Assembly (NCBI RefSeq): GCF_000195975.1
Contig: NC_005070.1
Location: forward strand, 540,001 to 572,000
DNA: 32,000 nt
Source of the DNA: Parasynechococcus marenigrum WH 8102
Lineage (GTDB): Bacteria > Cyanobacteriota > Cyanobacteriia > PCC-6307 > Cyanobiaceae
Direction: 5' to 3'
A model generated the notes under the pieces. It made no database searches and had not been told where the DNA came from. It was given only the letters and a program-made list of their open reading frames with translations. Numbering within the stretch: the stretch's first letter is position 1; each line of letters starts with the position of its first letter. Below are positions 25,163 to 32,000 of this stretch, piece by piece. Made by a program: the position numbers and the translations under genes.

Positions 25163-26529
25163 CCGGCGGAGGCCTGCAGGTGGGCGCCACGGTCGGGCCA
25201 GCCTCGCATCACCACAAGGCCCAGCACCACAAGGATGGCGGGAATCAGACCCATGCAGATCCGGATCGCCAGCAAAGCGGTGGCTGGTTGCTTTACAAAG
25301 CTCAGAGCACCGTTGCAATCCCCCTGGCTAGAGATGTAGCCCGTGAGCGAGAGCATGCTGCCGAACACTGACATTGTCAGGCCGATGATCAGCTTCTGGC
25401 CGAACACCATCCAGGCGGTATAGAGCCCGGCCGGTTTGCTGGGATCGGCATCAATCGCATCCGGCAGCAGTGACCAAGGGATCAGATAGGCGGTGGCGGC
25501 CCCTATCCCCACTAGGGCAATCAGCCCCACCAGCGGCAACAGCTGCAGCAGGCTGGGATCTGTCGCCAGTGGCGGGAACAGCATCGAGAGCAGGCAGGCG
25601 CTGATCCACAGCCCTGCGCCCCAGCGCAGGGTGGCCACCCGTCCGATGCGGTTGCAGAGGTTGCTCCAGAGCTGAAGGCCCAGCAGTGCAGCAATCTGAA
25701 ACGGCAACAGGATCCAGGTGGAAAGGTTGGTGGGCACATGCACCACCTGCACCAGCCAGATCAAGGCCACCACCTGCATCAGTTGCAGGCCGAACCAAAG
25801 CAGCAGGTACAGCCCCAGCACCTGGCGGAAGCGGGGGTTGGCCATCACTCGTTTGAGCTGCTGCATCGGCGGCTCGTTTTTGGGCACCGGCCGTTGGGCC
25901 CGCTTGGCGTACGGGGCCAGCCCCCAGCAGCAGAGCAGTGTGGTGGTGGCAGCGATGCTGCCGGTGATCCGGCCCATGGCCAGGTAGCCCCCGCCCCCAT
26001 CGGTGAGCACCAGCGAGGCCACAATCAGTCCGCTCAGCCCGGCGAGGATGGAGCCGGTGAACCGTGCCGCATTGAGGCGGGTGCGAATCGCGGTGTTCGG
26101 CGTGAGTTCGGTGCTTAGGGCGGCGTAGGGAAGGTTGACGCTGGTGTAAGCGGTCATCAGCAGCACCGCCATCACGGCGAAGTAGGTGGTGCGCTGCACC
26201 GTGGTGCCCGGGGGCACCCACCACATCGCCGCCAGGCTGATGCCCAGCGGTAGGGCTGCGCTCAGCATCCAGGGCAGCCGCGGGCCCCAGCGGCTGCGGG
26301 TGTGATCGCTGAGCCAGCCGATCAACGGGTCATTCAGGGCATCCCAGACCTTGCTCACCGTCAGCAGGGAGCCGGCGATGAAGGCCGGCAGGCCCGCAGC
26401 GCAGATGAAAAAGGGGAAGAGATAGAAGCCCAGTTGGGTGGCGGCCAGGCCTGTTCCGGCGTCCCCAAGCCCGTAGGCCAGCATCAACCGGCGTCGGGAT
26501 CCCCCGCTGATTGCGTCGGACGATGTCAC
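25159..26529 (-). CDS. MFS transporter of the glycoside-pentoside-hexuronide (GPH/MelB-like) family
   Basis: ...LAYGLGDAGTGLAATQLGFYLFPFF...KVWDALNDPLIGWLSDHTRSRWGPRLPWM... is a GPH signature with about 12 TM. The start is uncertain: GTG 26529 is preferred, with alternatives at 26586 (GTG) and 26484 (ATG). Confidence 0.8.
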   Translation of the reverse strand: MTSSDAISGGSRRRLMLAYGLGDAGTGLAATQLGFYLFPFFICAAGLPAFIAGSLLTVSKVWDALNDPLIGWLSDHTRSRWGPRLPWMLSAALPLGISLAAMWWVPPGTTVQRTTYFAVMAVLLMTAYTSVNLPYAALSTELTPNTAIRTRLNAARFTGSILAGLSGLIVASLVLTDGGGGYLAMGRITGSIAATTTLLCCWGLAPYAKRAQRPVPKNEPPMQQLKRVMANPRFRQVLGLYLLLWFGLQLMQVVALIWLVQVVHVPTNLSTWILLPFQIAALLGLQLWSNLCNRIGRVATLRWGAGLWISACLLSMLFPPLATDPSLLQLLPLVGLIALVGIGAATAYLIPWSLLPDAIDADPSKPAGLYTAWMVFGQKLIIGLTMSVFGSMLSLTGYISSQGDCNGALSFVKQPATALLAIRICMGLIPAILVVLGLVVMRGWPDRGAHLQASAG

Positions 26530-26618
26530 GCGAGTGCATGGTGCAGGCGGACCGCCATAATGAAGGTGTGCTGAAGCACTGACCACCCCATCAAGGGTTG
26601 TGGTTCAGGCGTACCAGT

Positions 26619-26689
26619 GCGGGTGTTGTGTAATGGTAAGACCTCAGCCTTCCAAGCTGATGACACGGGTTCGATTCCCGTCACCCGCT
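26619..26689 (+). tRNA. tRNA-Gly (anticodon UCC)
   Basis: GCGGGTG...CACCCGC forms a 7-bp acceptor stem. The anticodon stem TCAGC/GCTGA carries the loop CTTCCAA (anticodon TCC). The T arm is ACGGG-TTCGATT-CCCGT. It is near-identical in layout to the E. coli glyT sequence as I recall it. No CCA is encoded. Confidence 0.9.
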
Positions 26690-26692
26690 TCC

Positions 26693-28796
26693 TCAGAGCT
26701 TCAGGCCTGACGCCACTTCTCGGGCCAGCAGCAGCACCAGGCTGCGGCTGGCCAGGGGAATGTCCACGGCGTCGTACGGCACCGCTTGCGCCGGCAGGTC
26801 CTCCCCGGCGGGCAGGGAGGTATCGATCAACTGCATCCAGGGGGATGCCGGCACCGGCAGCTCGAAGTTGAGCGGCTCGTTGTAGGCGTTGAAGCCCATC
26901 CACAACAGGGCGCCGCGGCTGCCCATGTGCAGGCTGGTGGCGGTGGTGCGGCTCCAGGCTGCCCAGTCCGGCTTGCTCAGTTCCACGCCGTGCCATTGCC
27001 GCCACAGGTCTGTGGGGGTTCTGGGGTTGCTTGCGGCTGGTTTCCGGTGGCGGCACCAGCGGATTGAACAGTTGCGGCAGGGCCTGCCGCAGCTTCAGCA
27101 ACCGCTGCAGAAACAGTTTCAGCTCCAGATCGCAGTGGTCGTCGTTCCAGACCATCCAGCTGAGGGGGCTGTCCTGGCACCAGCTGTTGTTGTTGCCCCC
27201 CTGGCTGCGGCCCACCTCATCGCCCATCAGCAGCATCGGCACGCCGCGGGCCAGCAGCAGGGTGCTCAGCAGGTTGCGTTGCTGGCGGCGCCGCAGCGCC
27301 AGCACCTGCGGGTCGGTCGTTGGACCTTCCACGCCGTGGTTCCAGCTGTTGTTGTGGTTTTCGCCATCGCGGTTGTCCTCGCCGTTGGCCAGGTTGTGTT
27401 TGCGGTTGTAGGCCACCAGATCCGCCAGGGTGAAGCCGTCGTGGGCGGTGATCAGGTTCACCGAGCGTCCCAAGGCCACCGGTTTGTCGTTGTACAAATC
27501 CGGACTGCCCTTGAACCGCTGGGCCAGCGTCCAGGTGCTGTGCTCATCACCCTTCCAGAAGCGGCGCAAGCCATCGCGGAAGTGCCCATTCCAGGTTCCG
27601 ATGCGCTGGGCCGGGAAGTCCTCCAGCCGGTACAGGCCGCCGCAATCCCAGGGCTCGCTCACCAGCTTGAGATCGCTGAGTTGCGGGTCGGCTTCGATCG
27701 CCCGAAACAGTGGTGGCTGATCCAGTGGTTTGAGCTGGTTGCCGCGGCTGAGGGCGATGCCCAGATCGAAGCGGAAGCCATCCACCCCGAGCTCCAGCGC
27801 CCAGCAGCGCATCGACTCAAGAATTAATTGCGTGCTGATCGGTTGGTTGGCGGCGATGGAGTTGCCGCAGCCGCTCACATCCAGATAGTCGCCACTGCTG
27901 GTTTGGTGGTAATAAGTGCGATCGGCAAAGCCGCGCCAGCTCAGGGTTGGACCCAGCCGGGTGCCCTCCGTGGTGTGGTTGTAGACCACATCCAGCAACA
28001 CTTCGATGTTGGCGTCATGGCAGGCGGCTACAAGCTGACGCACTTGATGGCGCAGTTGCAGTGGATCATCGCCACAGCCGTAGCCGTGGTGGGGGGTGAA
28101 CCAGCTCAGCGGGCTGTAGCCCCACACGTTGTCGCGACCGGGCGGGGCATCGGCAGGGTCGAAGCAGAACACCGGCAGCAGTTCGATCGCCGTGATGCCG
28201 AGCTCCTTCAAATAAGGCAGCTTGTCGATCAGCCCCAGGTAGGTACCCCGCTGCTCCGGGGAGACGCCGGAATCGTCTCGGCCGGTGAAGCCGCCCACAT
28301 GCAGCTCATAAATCACTGAGCGCTGCCAGCTGTGGCGGGGCCTTGGATGGCGTTGAAAATCAAAGAGCTCCCGCTCGGTCACCACCGCCTTGAGGCAGGC
28401 ATGGGCGTTCGGGGTTGGCCCGGTGGCCAACACCCGGTCGTAGACGTCCCAGCCGCTGATGGCGCGGGCGGCGGGGTCGACCAGCACCTTCGCCGGTTGA
28501 AAGCCGTGGCCCCCGGGTGCCAGGGGCCCGAACACCCGGTAGCCGTAGCAGCAGCCCTCGCCAACGCCTTCCAGCTCCACATGCCAGTAATCGCCGGAGC
28601 GGTGGCGGCGGGCATCCAATTCGATCACCCGCTCTGGTGTCGATGCTGATGCCCGTTTGAAGATCAGCAGCTCGATCCGGTCGGCTGCCGGTGCCGCTAC
28701 CGAGAAGTTCACCCCCCGGGGTGTGATGCTGCTGCCCAGGGGCCAGGGCGTGCCGGGGTGGATGCCGCTCAAGGCCAAAGGGCATGGCGCCTTCAA
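26693..28796 (-). pseudogene. glgX: Glycogen debranching enzyme GlgX (isoamylase, GH13), reading frame broken near 27014-27018
   Basis: N-terminal and catalytic GH13 motifs (VIYELHVGGFT, GVDGFRFDL, VSEPWD, ITAHDGFTL) lie in the frame starting at 28796. After ...SRKQPQNP that frame turns into implausible Arg/Pro/Gly-rich sequence. It then runs across the tRNA-Gly gene. The frame carrying ...PTDLWRQWHGVELSKPDWAAWS...LLLAREVASGLKL* ends at 26693. Confidence 0.7.
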
Positions 28797-28825
28797 ACTA
28801 GTGGTTTGGTCCGGCGCTGAACGTC

Positions 28826-29482
28826 ATGACAATGACCACGGCTTTGGAGCCCGGTCGGCCTCCCCAGCAGCTGCGGGACGATCTCTGGTTGTTCCCCCCC
28901 AATCGCGACTGCCAGGGCGGCAGCGCCTGGTGGCTGGAGGCAACGCCGGAGCCGGTGCTGATCGATTGCCCGCTACTCACTGAAGCAACGCTGAAGGCTT
29001 TGCGCGACCTGGCGGGGTCCCGCACACCGCGCATCCTGCTCACCAGCCGGGAGGGCCACGGTCGCCTGCGGCGTCTGCAGGAGCGTTTCGGCTGGCCGGT
29101 GCTGGTGCAGGAGCAGGAGGCCTATCTGCTGCCCAACGTTGCGCCGCTGCACACCTTTGCCGACGAGCACATCACCAGCAGTGGCCTGCGCTTGCTCTGG
29201 ACAGCGGGCCCCACTCCCGGCAGCTGCGTGGTGCATGCACCCCATGCGGATCTGTTGTTCTGCGGGCGTTTGCTGACGCCGCTGGGTCCTGGACGGCTCG
29301 GGCCCCTGCGCCATGGCCGCACATTTCACTGGCCACGCCAACTCGAAAGTCTGCGGCGGGTTCGCGGTTGGATTCCTTCAGATGCATTCCCCCAACTGGC
29401 ATCTGGCGCGGGTCTCGGGGCACTGCGGGGGGAGCGTCTGGTGCCCTTCAGTGGCTGGTCGGAAGCGGTGCAATCCAGCTAA
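28826..29482 (+). CDS. Metallo-beta-lactamase-fold protein with a degenerate metal-binding motif
   Basis: 218 aa. EPVLIDCP...RILLTSREGHGRL aligns by eye to the iLIDtG...IllTHxHxDHxGG core, but the HxHxDH positions read SREGHG. Confidence 0.55.
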   Translation: MTMTTALEPGRPPQQLRDDLWLFPPNRDCQGGSAWWLEATPEPVLIDCPLLTEATLKALRDLAGSRTPRILLTSREGHGRLRRLQERFGWPVLVQEQEAYLLPNVAPLHTFADEHITSSGLRLLWTAGPTPGSCVVHAPHADLLFCGRLLTPLGPGRLGPLRHGRTFHWPRQLESLRRVRGWIPSDAFPQLASGAGLGALRGERLVPFSGWSEAVQSS

Positions 29483-29507
29483 AGCATTGCGGCACAGGAC
29501 TTGTCGC

Positions 29508-29536
29508 TTGCAGCACCCCGTCAGCCTCCATACGAT
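29508..29536 (+). promoter_or_regulatory. Candidate sigma70-type promoter of hupB (TTGCAG-17 nt-TACGAT)
   Basis: Pattern match only: a -35-like TTGCAG at 29508-29513, a 17-nt spacer, and a -10-like TACGAT at 29531-29536, about 78 nt upstream of the hupB ATG. Confidence 0.3.
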
Positions 29537-29613
29537 TGGCGCGCTTGGGGAAGGCAGCGGCGGGACCGAACGCCGTTTCAGCGCCGTCTCCGCCTCCCGA
29601 ATCTTCCTCTCCA

Positions 29614-29889
29614 ATGAACAAAGCTGACCTGGTGAATCTGGTGGCTGCTCGCACCGAGCTCACCAAGACCGACGTCTCCATGGTTGTCGACGCCGCAATC
29701 GAAACCATCATCGATTCGGTTGTTGAAGGCAAAAAGGTATCGATCCTTGGTTTCGGCTCCTTCGAGCCCCGCGAGCGTTCCGCCCGTCAGGGTCTGAACC
29801 CCAAGACCGGCGAAAAGATCGCCATTCCCGCCAAGCGCGTGCCCGCCTTCACCGCCGGCAAGATGTTCAAGGACCGCGTGCAGGGCTGA
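29614..29889 (+). CDS. hupB: Histone-like DNA-binding protein HU
   Basis: MNKADLVNLVAARTELTKTDV...GFGSFEPRERSARQGLNPKTGEKIAIPAKRVPAFTAGKMFKD, 91 aa. The start is the internal ATG of the longer ORF-track entry. Confidence 0.92.
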   Translation: MNKADLVNLVAARTELTKTDVSMVVDAAIETIIDSVVEGKKVSILGFGSFEPRERSARQGLNPKTGEKIAIPAKRVPAFTAGKMFKDRVQG

Positions 29890-29914
29890 TCCAACAACGA
29901 TTCTCTGATCGAAT

Positions 29915-29938
29915 GGGCGGTCCAGGGGCCGCCTTTTT
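29915..29938 (+). terminator. Rho-independent terminator after hupB
   Basis: The GC stem GGCGGT (29916-29921) / GCCGCC (29928-29933) encloses a 6-nt loop. It is followed by TTTTT (29934-29938). Confidence 0.6.
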
Positions 29939-29939
29939 C

Positions 29940-30821
29940 ATGCCCGTTCCGGATCATCTGTTGCTGGAGCTGGAACGTGGCCAGCGCTGGCGAGCCGACG
30001 GCACCTACCGCGGTCGCTACGCCCCCTCGCCGACGGGCGCCTTGCATCTCGGCAATCTCCAGACCGCCCTGTTGTCCTGGTTGCAGGCGCGCCAGGCCGG
30101 TGGTGTCTGGCTGTTGCGCATCGATGATCTCGACACCCCCCGCAACCGGCCCGGTGCCGTTGAGGCGATCCAGGCCGATCTGCACTGGCTCGGGCTCGAC
30201 TGGGACGGGGAGCCGATTCTGCAGAGCTGCCGCCGTGGGCTTTATGCCTCCTGGCTCTCCTGGTTCCGCCGCAGCGGCGCCCTGTTCCCCTGCCGTTGCT
30301 CACGACGGGAGCTGGCAGGTCTGGCGCGTTACCCCGGCACCTGCCGTGATGGCGGCGCTGGCTGGGGGTGGCGTGATCGCCGGTTGCCGAGCTGGCGGTT
30401 GCGGGTTCCCAGCCGTGATCCAGATGGCAGCGGTGATGTGGTGGTGCGCCGTGCCGACGGGTTCATCGCTTACCAGTTGGCCACCGTGATCGATGAACTG
30501 GCCCTGGGCATCACTGATGTAGTGCGCGGTGAGGACCTGCGCGAGGCCTTGCCCGCTCAGCGGAGTGTGTATCGGGCCCTGCAGCAGCAACCCCCCCGCT
30601 TTCACCACGGTCCGTTGCGTTGTGACGCCGAGGGAAGGAAGCTGTCGAAACGTGAAGCCAGCAGCGGACTGATGGCCTTGCGTGAGCTGGGTCTGGATGC
30701 CCCTGCAGTGGTTGGTCTTCTGGCCTCTGGTCTGGGTTATGGGCCGCCTGGGGCCAGGCTCTCGGCGATCGAATTACTGGAGGACTTGACTCAGAAAGGG
30801 ATCCGTGCTGGTCATTCTTAA
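29940..30821 (+). CDS. gluQ: Glutamyl-Q tRNA(Asp) synthetase (YadB/GluQRS)
   Basis: GRYAPSPTGALHLGNLQTALLSW...LLRIDDLD...ADGFIAYQLATVIDE...KLSKR. I prefer the ATG at 29940, because the ATG at 29913 lies inside the hupB terminator hairpin. Confidence 0.85.
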   Translation: MPVPDHLLLELERGQRWRADGTYRGRYAPSPTGALHLGNLQTALLSWLQARQAGGVWLLRIDDLDTPRNRPGAVEAIQADLHWLGLDWDGEPILQSCRRGLYASWLSWFRRSGALFPCRCSRRELAGLARYPGTCRDGGAGWGWRDRRLPSWRLRVPSRDPDGSGDVVVRRADGFIAYQLATVIDELALGITDVVRGEDLREALPAQRSVYRALQQQPPRFHHGPLRCDAEGRKLSKREASSGLMALRELGLDAPAVVGLLASGLGYGPPGARLSAIELLEDLTQKGIRAGHS

Positions 30822-30832
30822 GGAAGGCTTCG

Positions 30833-30875
30833 GGATCGTTCGGCTCAATTAGCCTCACACTCATTTCAACGATCC
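30833..30875. promoter_or_regulatory. Nested hairpin between gluQ and the zinc-finger ORF (GGATCGTT-N27-AACGATCC with inner GGCT-caatt-AGCC)
   Basis: Read directly. The 8-bp perfect arms are 30833-30840 and 30868-30875, with an inner 4-bp hairpin at 30842-30854. The unpaired stretch TCACACTCATTTC includes CCTCACAC (30853-30860). Confidence 0.35.
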
Positions 30876-30887
30876 AGCGCACCGGTT

Positions 30888-31076
30888 ATGAGCACCTGCA
30901 CCATTTGCGGAGGCAGCGGGATTCAACGCGTGTCCGGCCAGCGTTTCCGTACTTGTCTGGCCTGCCTCGGGCAGGGTCAGCTCAGTCCTGCGATCCAGGC
31001 GGCTCCCATGAATCAGCTGTCCACTTCGGACATGACCGTGACGCCGTTGAGTGGTCTGGTCCGTCAGCAGTCCTGA
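30888..31076 (+). CDS. Small protein (62 aa) with two DnaJ-type CXXCXGXG zinc-finger motifs
   Basis: CTICGGSG (aa 4-11) and CLACLGQG (aa 23-30) both fit CXXCXGXG exactly. Codon usage is host-like. Confidence 0.6.
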   Translation: MSTCTICGGSGIQRVSGQRFRTCLACLGQGQLSPAIQAAPMNQLSTSDMTVTPLSGLVRQQS

Positions 31077-31088
31077 CCAGAGCCGCGT

Positions 31089-31208
31089 TCAGCCCAGCGG
31101 GGCCTTCTGCTTGTTGCGCACCACGAAGAAGGTCGCCGTGCCGACAACAACGACCAGCGGCACGGCGGTGAACAGCAGCAGAGCGATCGCGGTCCAGTCG
31201 GTGTACAC
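31089..31208 (-). CDS. Candidate small single-TM protein (39 aa from GTG 31208; 61 aa if ATG 31274 is used)
   Basis: ...YTDWTAIALLLFTAVPLVVVVGTATFFVVRNKQKAPLG has one clear TM helix with a basic C-terminal tail. The longer version would overlap the divergent ORF start at 31268. Confidence 0.4.
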   Translation of the reverse strand: MYTDWTAIALLLFTAVPLVVVVGTATFFVVRNKQKAPLG

Positions 31209-31267
31209 GGCTGAGCTCAGGGTCAAAGTTGAGTCATCATCACAGCAAACCGCCTCCTGGTTTCGTG

Positions 31268-31582
31268 ATGGCACGACCCGTCACAGTCGTTGCATCTCTG
31301 ATTGTTCTCAGCGGCGCTGGCGAAGTTCAGGCTGTCGGCCTGGCCTCTGTGCAGGCTGAAGCCCGCCTCTGCCTGCAAGGCAGGCTGCCAGCCGCCTGCG
31401 AACGGGCGCTGGATCAAACGGAGCAGCTTCAGCGCCGAGCGGCGGACATCGAGGCCTATCCCTGTCAGACCCTGCTGCTGGCTCTGCAGGCCGATGTGAT
31501 TCTCCAGCAGCTGGGCCATGGGCGCGGAGAGCGAGCCCTGGCCGATCTCAGTGCTGCCGGCCGCGGATGTGTTGGGTTGTGA
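31268..31582 (+). CDS. Hypothetical secreted Cys-containing protein (104 aa)
   Basis: The internal ATG at 31268 gives the signal-like MARPVTVVASLIVLSGAGEVQA. The protein has 4 Cys and host-like GC3. The antisense ORF 31223-31519 is less plausible. Confidence 0.5.
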   Translation: MARPVTVVASLIVLSGAGEVQAVGLASVQAEARLCLQGRLPAACERALDQTEQLQRRAADIEAYPCQTLLLALQADVILQQLGHGRGERALADLSAAGRGCVGL

Positions 31583-31600
31583 GCACGTTGATGACGACGC

Positions 31601-32000
31601 TCAGCCCCGCCGCTCCCGGTGCATCCAGCTGATCCAGTCCGCTGAGATCTCCTGCGGACAAACGGCTTCACATTCCAGATTGCTGCTGCAGTTGCCGAAG
31701 CCTTCGGCCACCATCTGATCCTGCATCGCCCTGGCGCGCGAAGCCCGTTCCGGCTGGCCCTGGGGTAACTGACCGAGGTGCGCCAATTTGGCCGCCACGA
31801 ACAGGCTGGCGGACGCATTCCTGCAGCTCGCCACACAGGCTCCGCAGCCGATGCAGGTCGCGGTGCTGAAGGCGCTGGTGGCCTGGTCGCGTCCTACCGG
31901 CAGGGCATTGCCATCCGGGGCCTGGCCGGTGCCGGTGGAGCAATAGCCACCGGCGGCAATCAAGCGGTCCAACGAGGAGCGCTCCACCATCAGATCCTGA
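31601..32000 (-). CDS. sdhB: Succinate dehydrogenase/fumarate reductase iron-sulfur subunit, C-terminal part (5' end is beyond the window)
   Basis: CIGCGACVASC and the later CEAVCP cluster motifs are present. The frame remains open to the window end. Confidence 0.8.
   Translation of the reverse strand, partial: QDLMVERSSLDRLIAAGGYCSTGTGQAPDGNALPVGRDQATSAFSTATCIGCGACVASCRNASASLFVAAKLAHLGQLPQGQPERASRARAMQDQMVAEGFGNCSSNLECEAVCPQEISADWISWMHRERRG

Noticed and set aside
24417-25190. N-terminal 258 aa of the 391-aa ORF 24015-25190
   Set aside because: It is out of frame over the MlaE permease gene and Gly/Arg/Pro/His-rich. Only the last 133 codons (from ATG 24416) look like a real membrane protein.
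26619-26689. tRNA-Gly as an integration site of a genomic island
   Set aside because: There is no integrase, no partial tRNA direct repeat and no compositional break next to it. The flanking genes (GPH transporter, glgX) look native.
26526-26692. C-terminal extension of the 756-aa glgX ORF
   Set aside because: This part is out of frame relative to the conserved GlgX C-terminus and reads straight through the oppositely oriented tRNA-Gly gene. It is an artefact of the frameshift.
26889-27827. 312-aa plus-strand ORF
   Set aside because: It is antisense to glgX catalytic-domain codons and its composition is typical of GC-driven shadow ORFs.
30853-30860. Yfr1 sRNA gene
   Set aside because: Only 8 of the 11 nt of the recalled Yfr1 core (ACUCCUCACAC) match. 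The motif is not flanked by the two independent stem-loops typical of Yfr1, and I see no promoter or terminator.
1-32000. CRISPR arrays, rRNA genes, IS elements and prophage genes
   Set aside because: I saw no spaced direct repeats, no rRNA-like sequence and no transposase, integrase or phage structural ORFs in any frame.

Overview
The window is a GC-rich chromosomal segment with strong GC3 codon bias. Gene content and order look like a marine or freshwater picocyanobacterium (Synechococcus/Cyanobium-like). Most of it is conserved core genome: the kaiC 3' end, an nblS-like sensor kinase, purD, purC, a tightly coupled omp85(bamA)-lpxC-fabZ-lpxA-lpxB-msrA block, pepA, tyrS, pyrF, plsY, an MlaE-type permease, a GPH-family transporter, tRNA-Gly(UCC), glgX, hupB, gluQ and the sdhB/frdB 3' end. 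No rRNA, CRISPR array, transposase or integrase was seen. Accessory content is concentrated in the gaps of the tyrS-pyrF-plsY block and one gap further on. It consists of five type II toxin-antitoxin modules: two VapC/PIN pairs, one HI0074-type HEPN + MNT pair, YefM-YoeB, and one MNT + HEPN pair. There is also a probable relic of a sixth antitoxin. The HI0074-type pair looks decayed, with a frameshifted HEPN gene and a shortened MNT gene. Several modules have perfect inverted repeats just upstream of, or over, the antitoxin start. The best candidate for an uncharacterised system is a four-gene, start/stop-overlapping operon at 13838-16087. It encodes a LuxR regulator with an atypical receiver, a secreted protein, a double ComEA-type HhH protein and a GIY-YIG nuclease-like protein. 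Other items worth a second look are an apparent frameshift in glgX at a G5/C5 run, several plausible unannotated micro-proteins (a 29-aa TM peptide, a 62-aa double CXXCXGXG zinc-finger protein, a 39-61-aa TM peptide), and an AT-rich patch carrying an SD-led 63-aa ORF. All family assignments come from reading the translations from memory; no searches were run.
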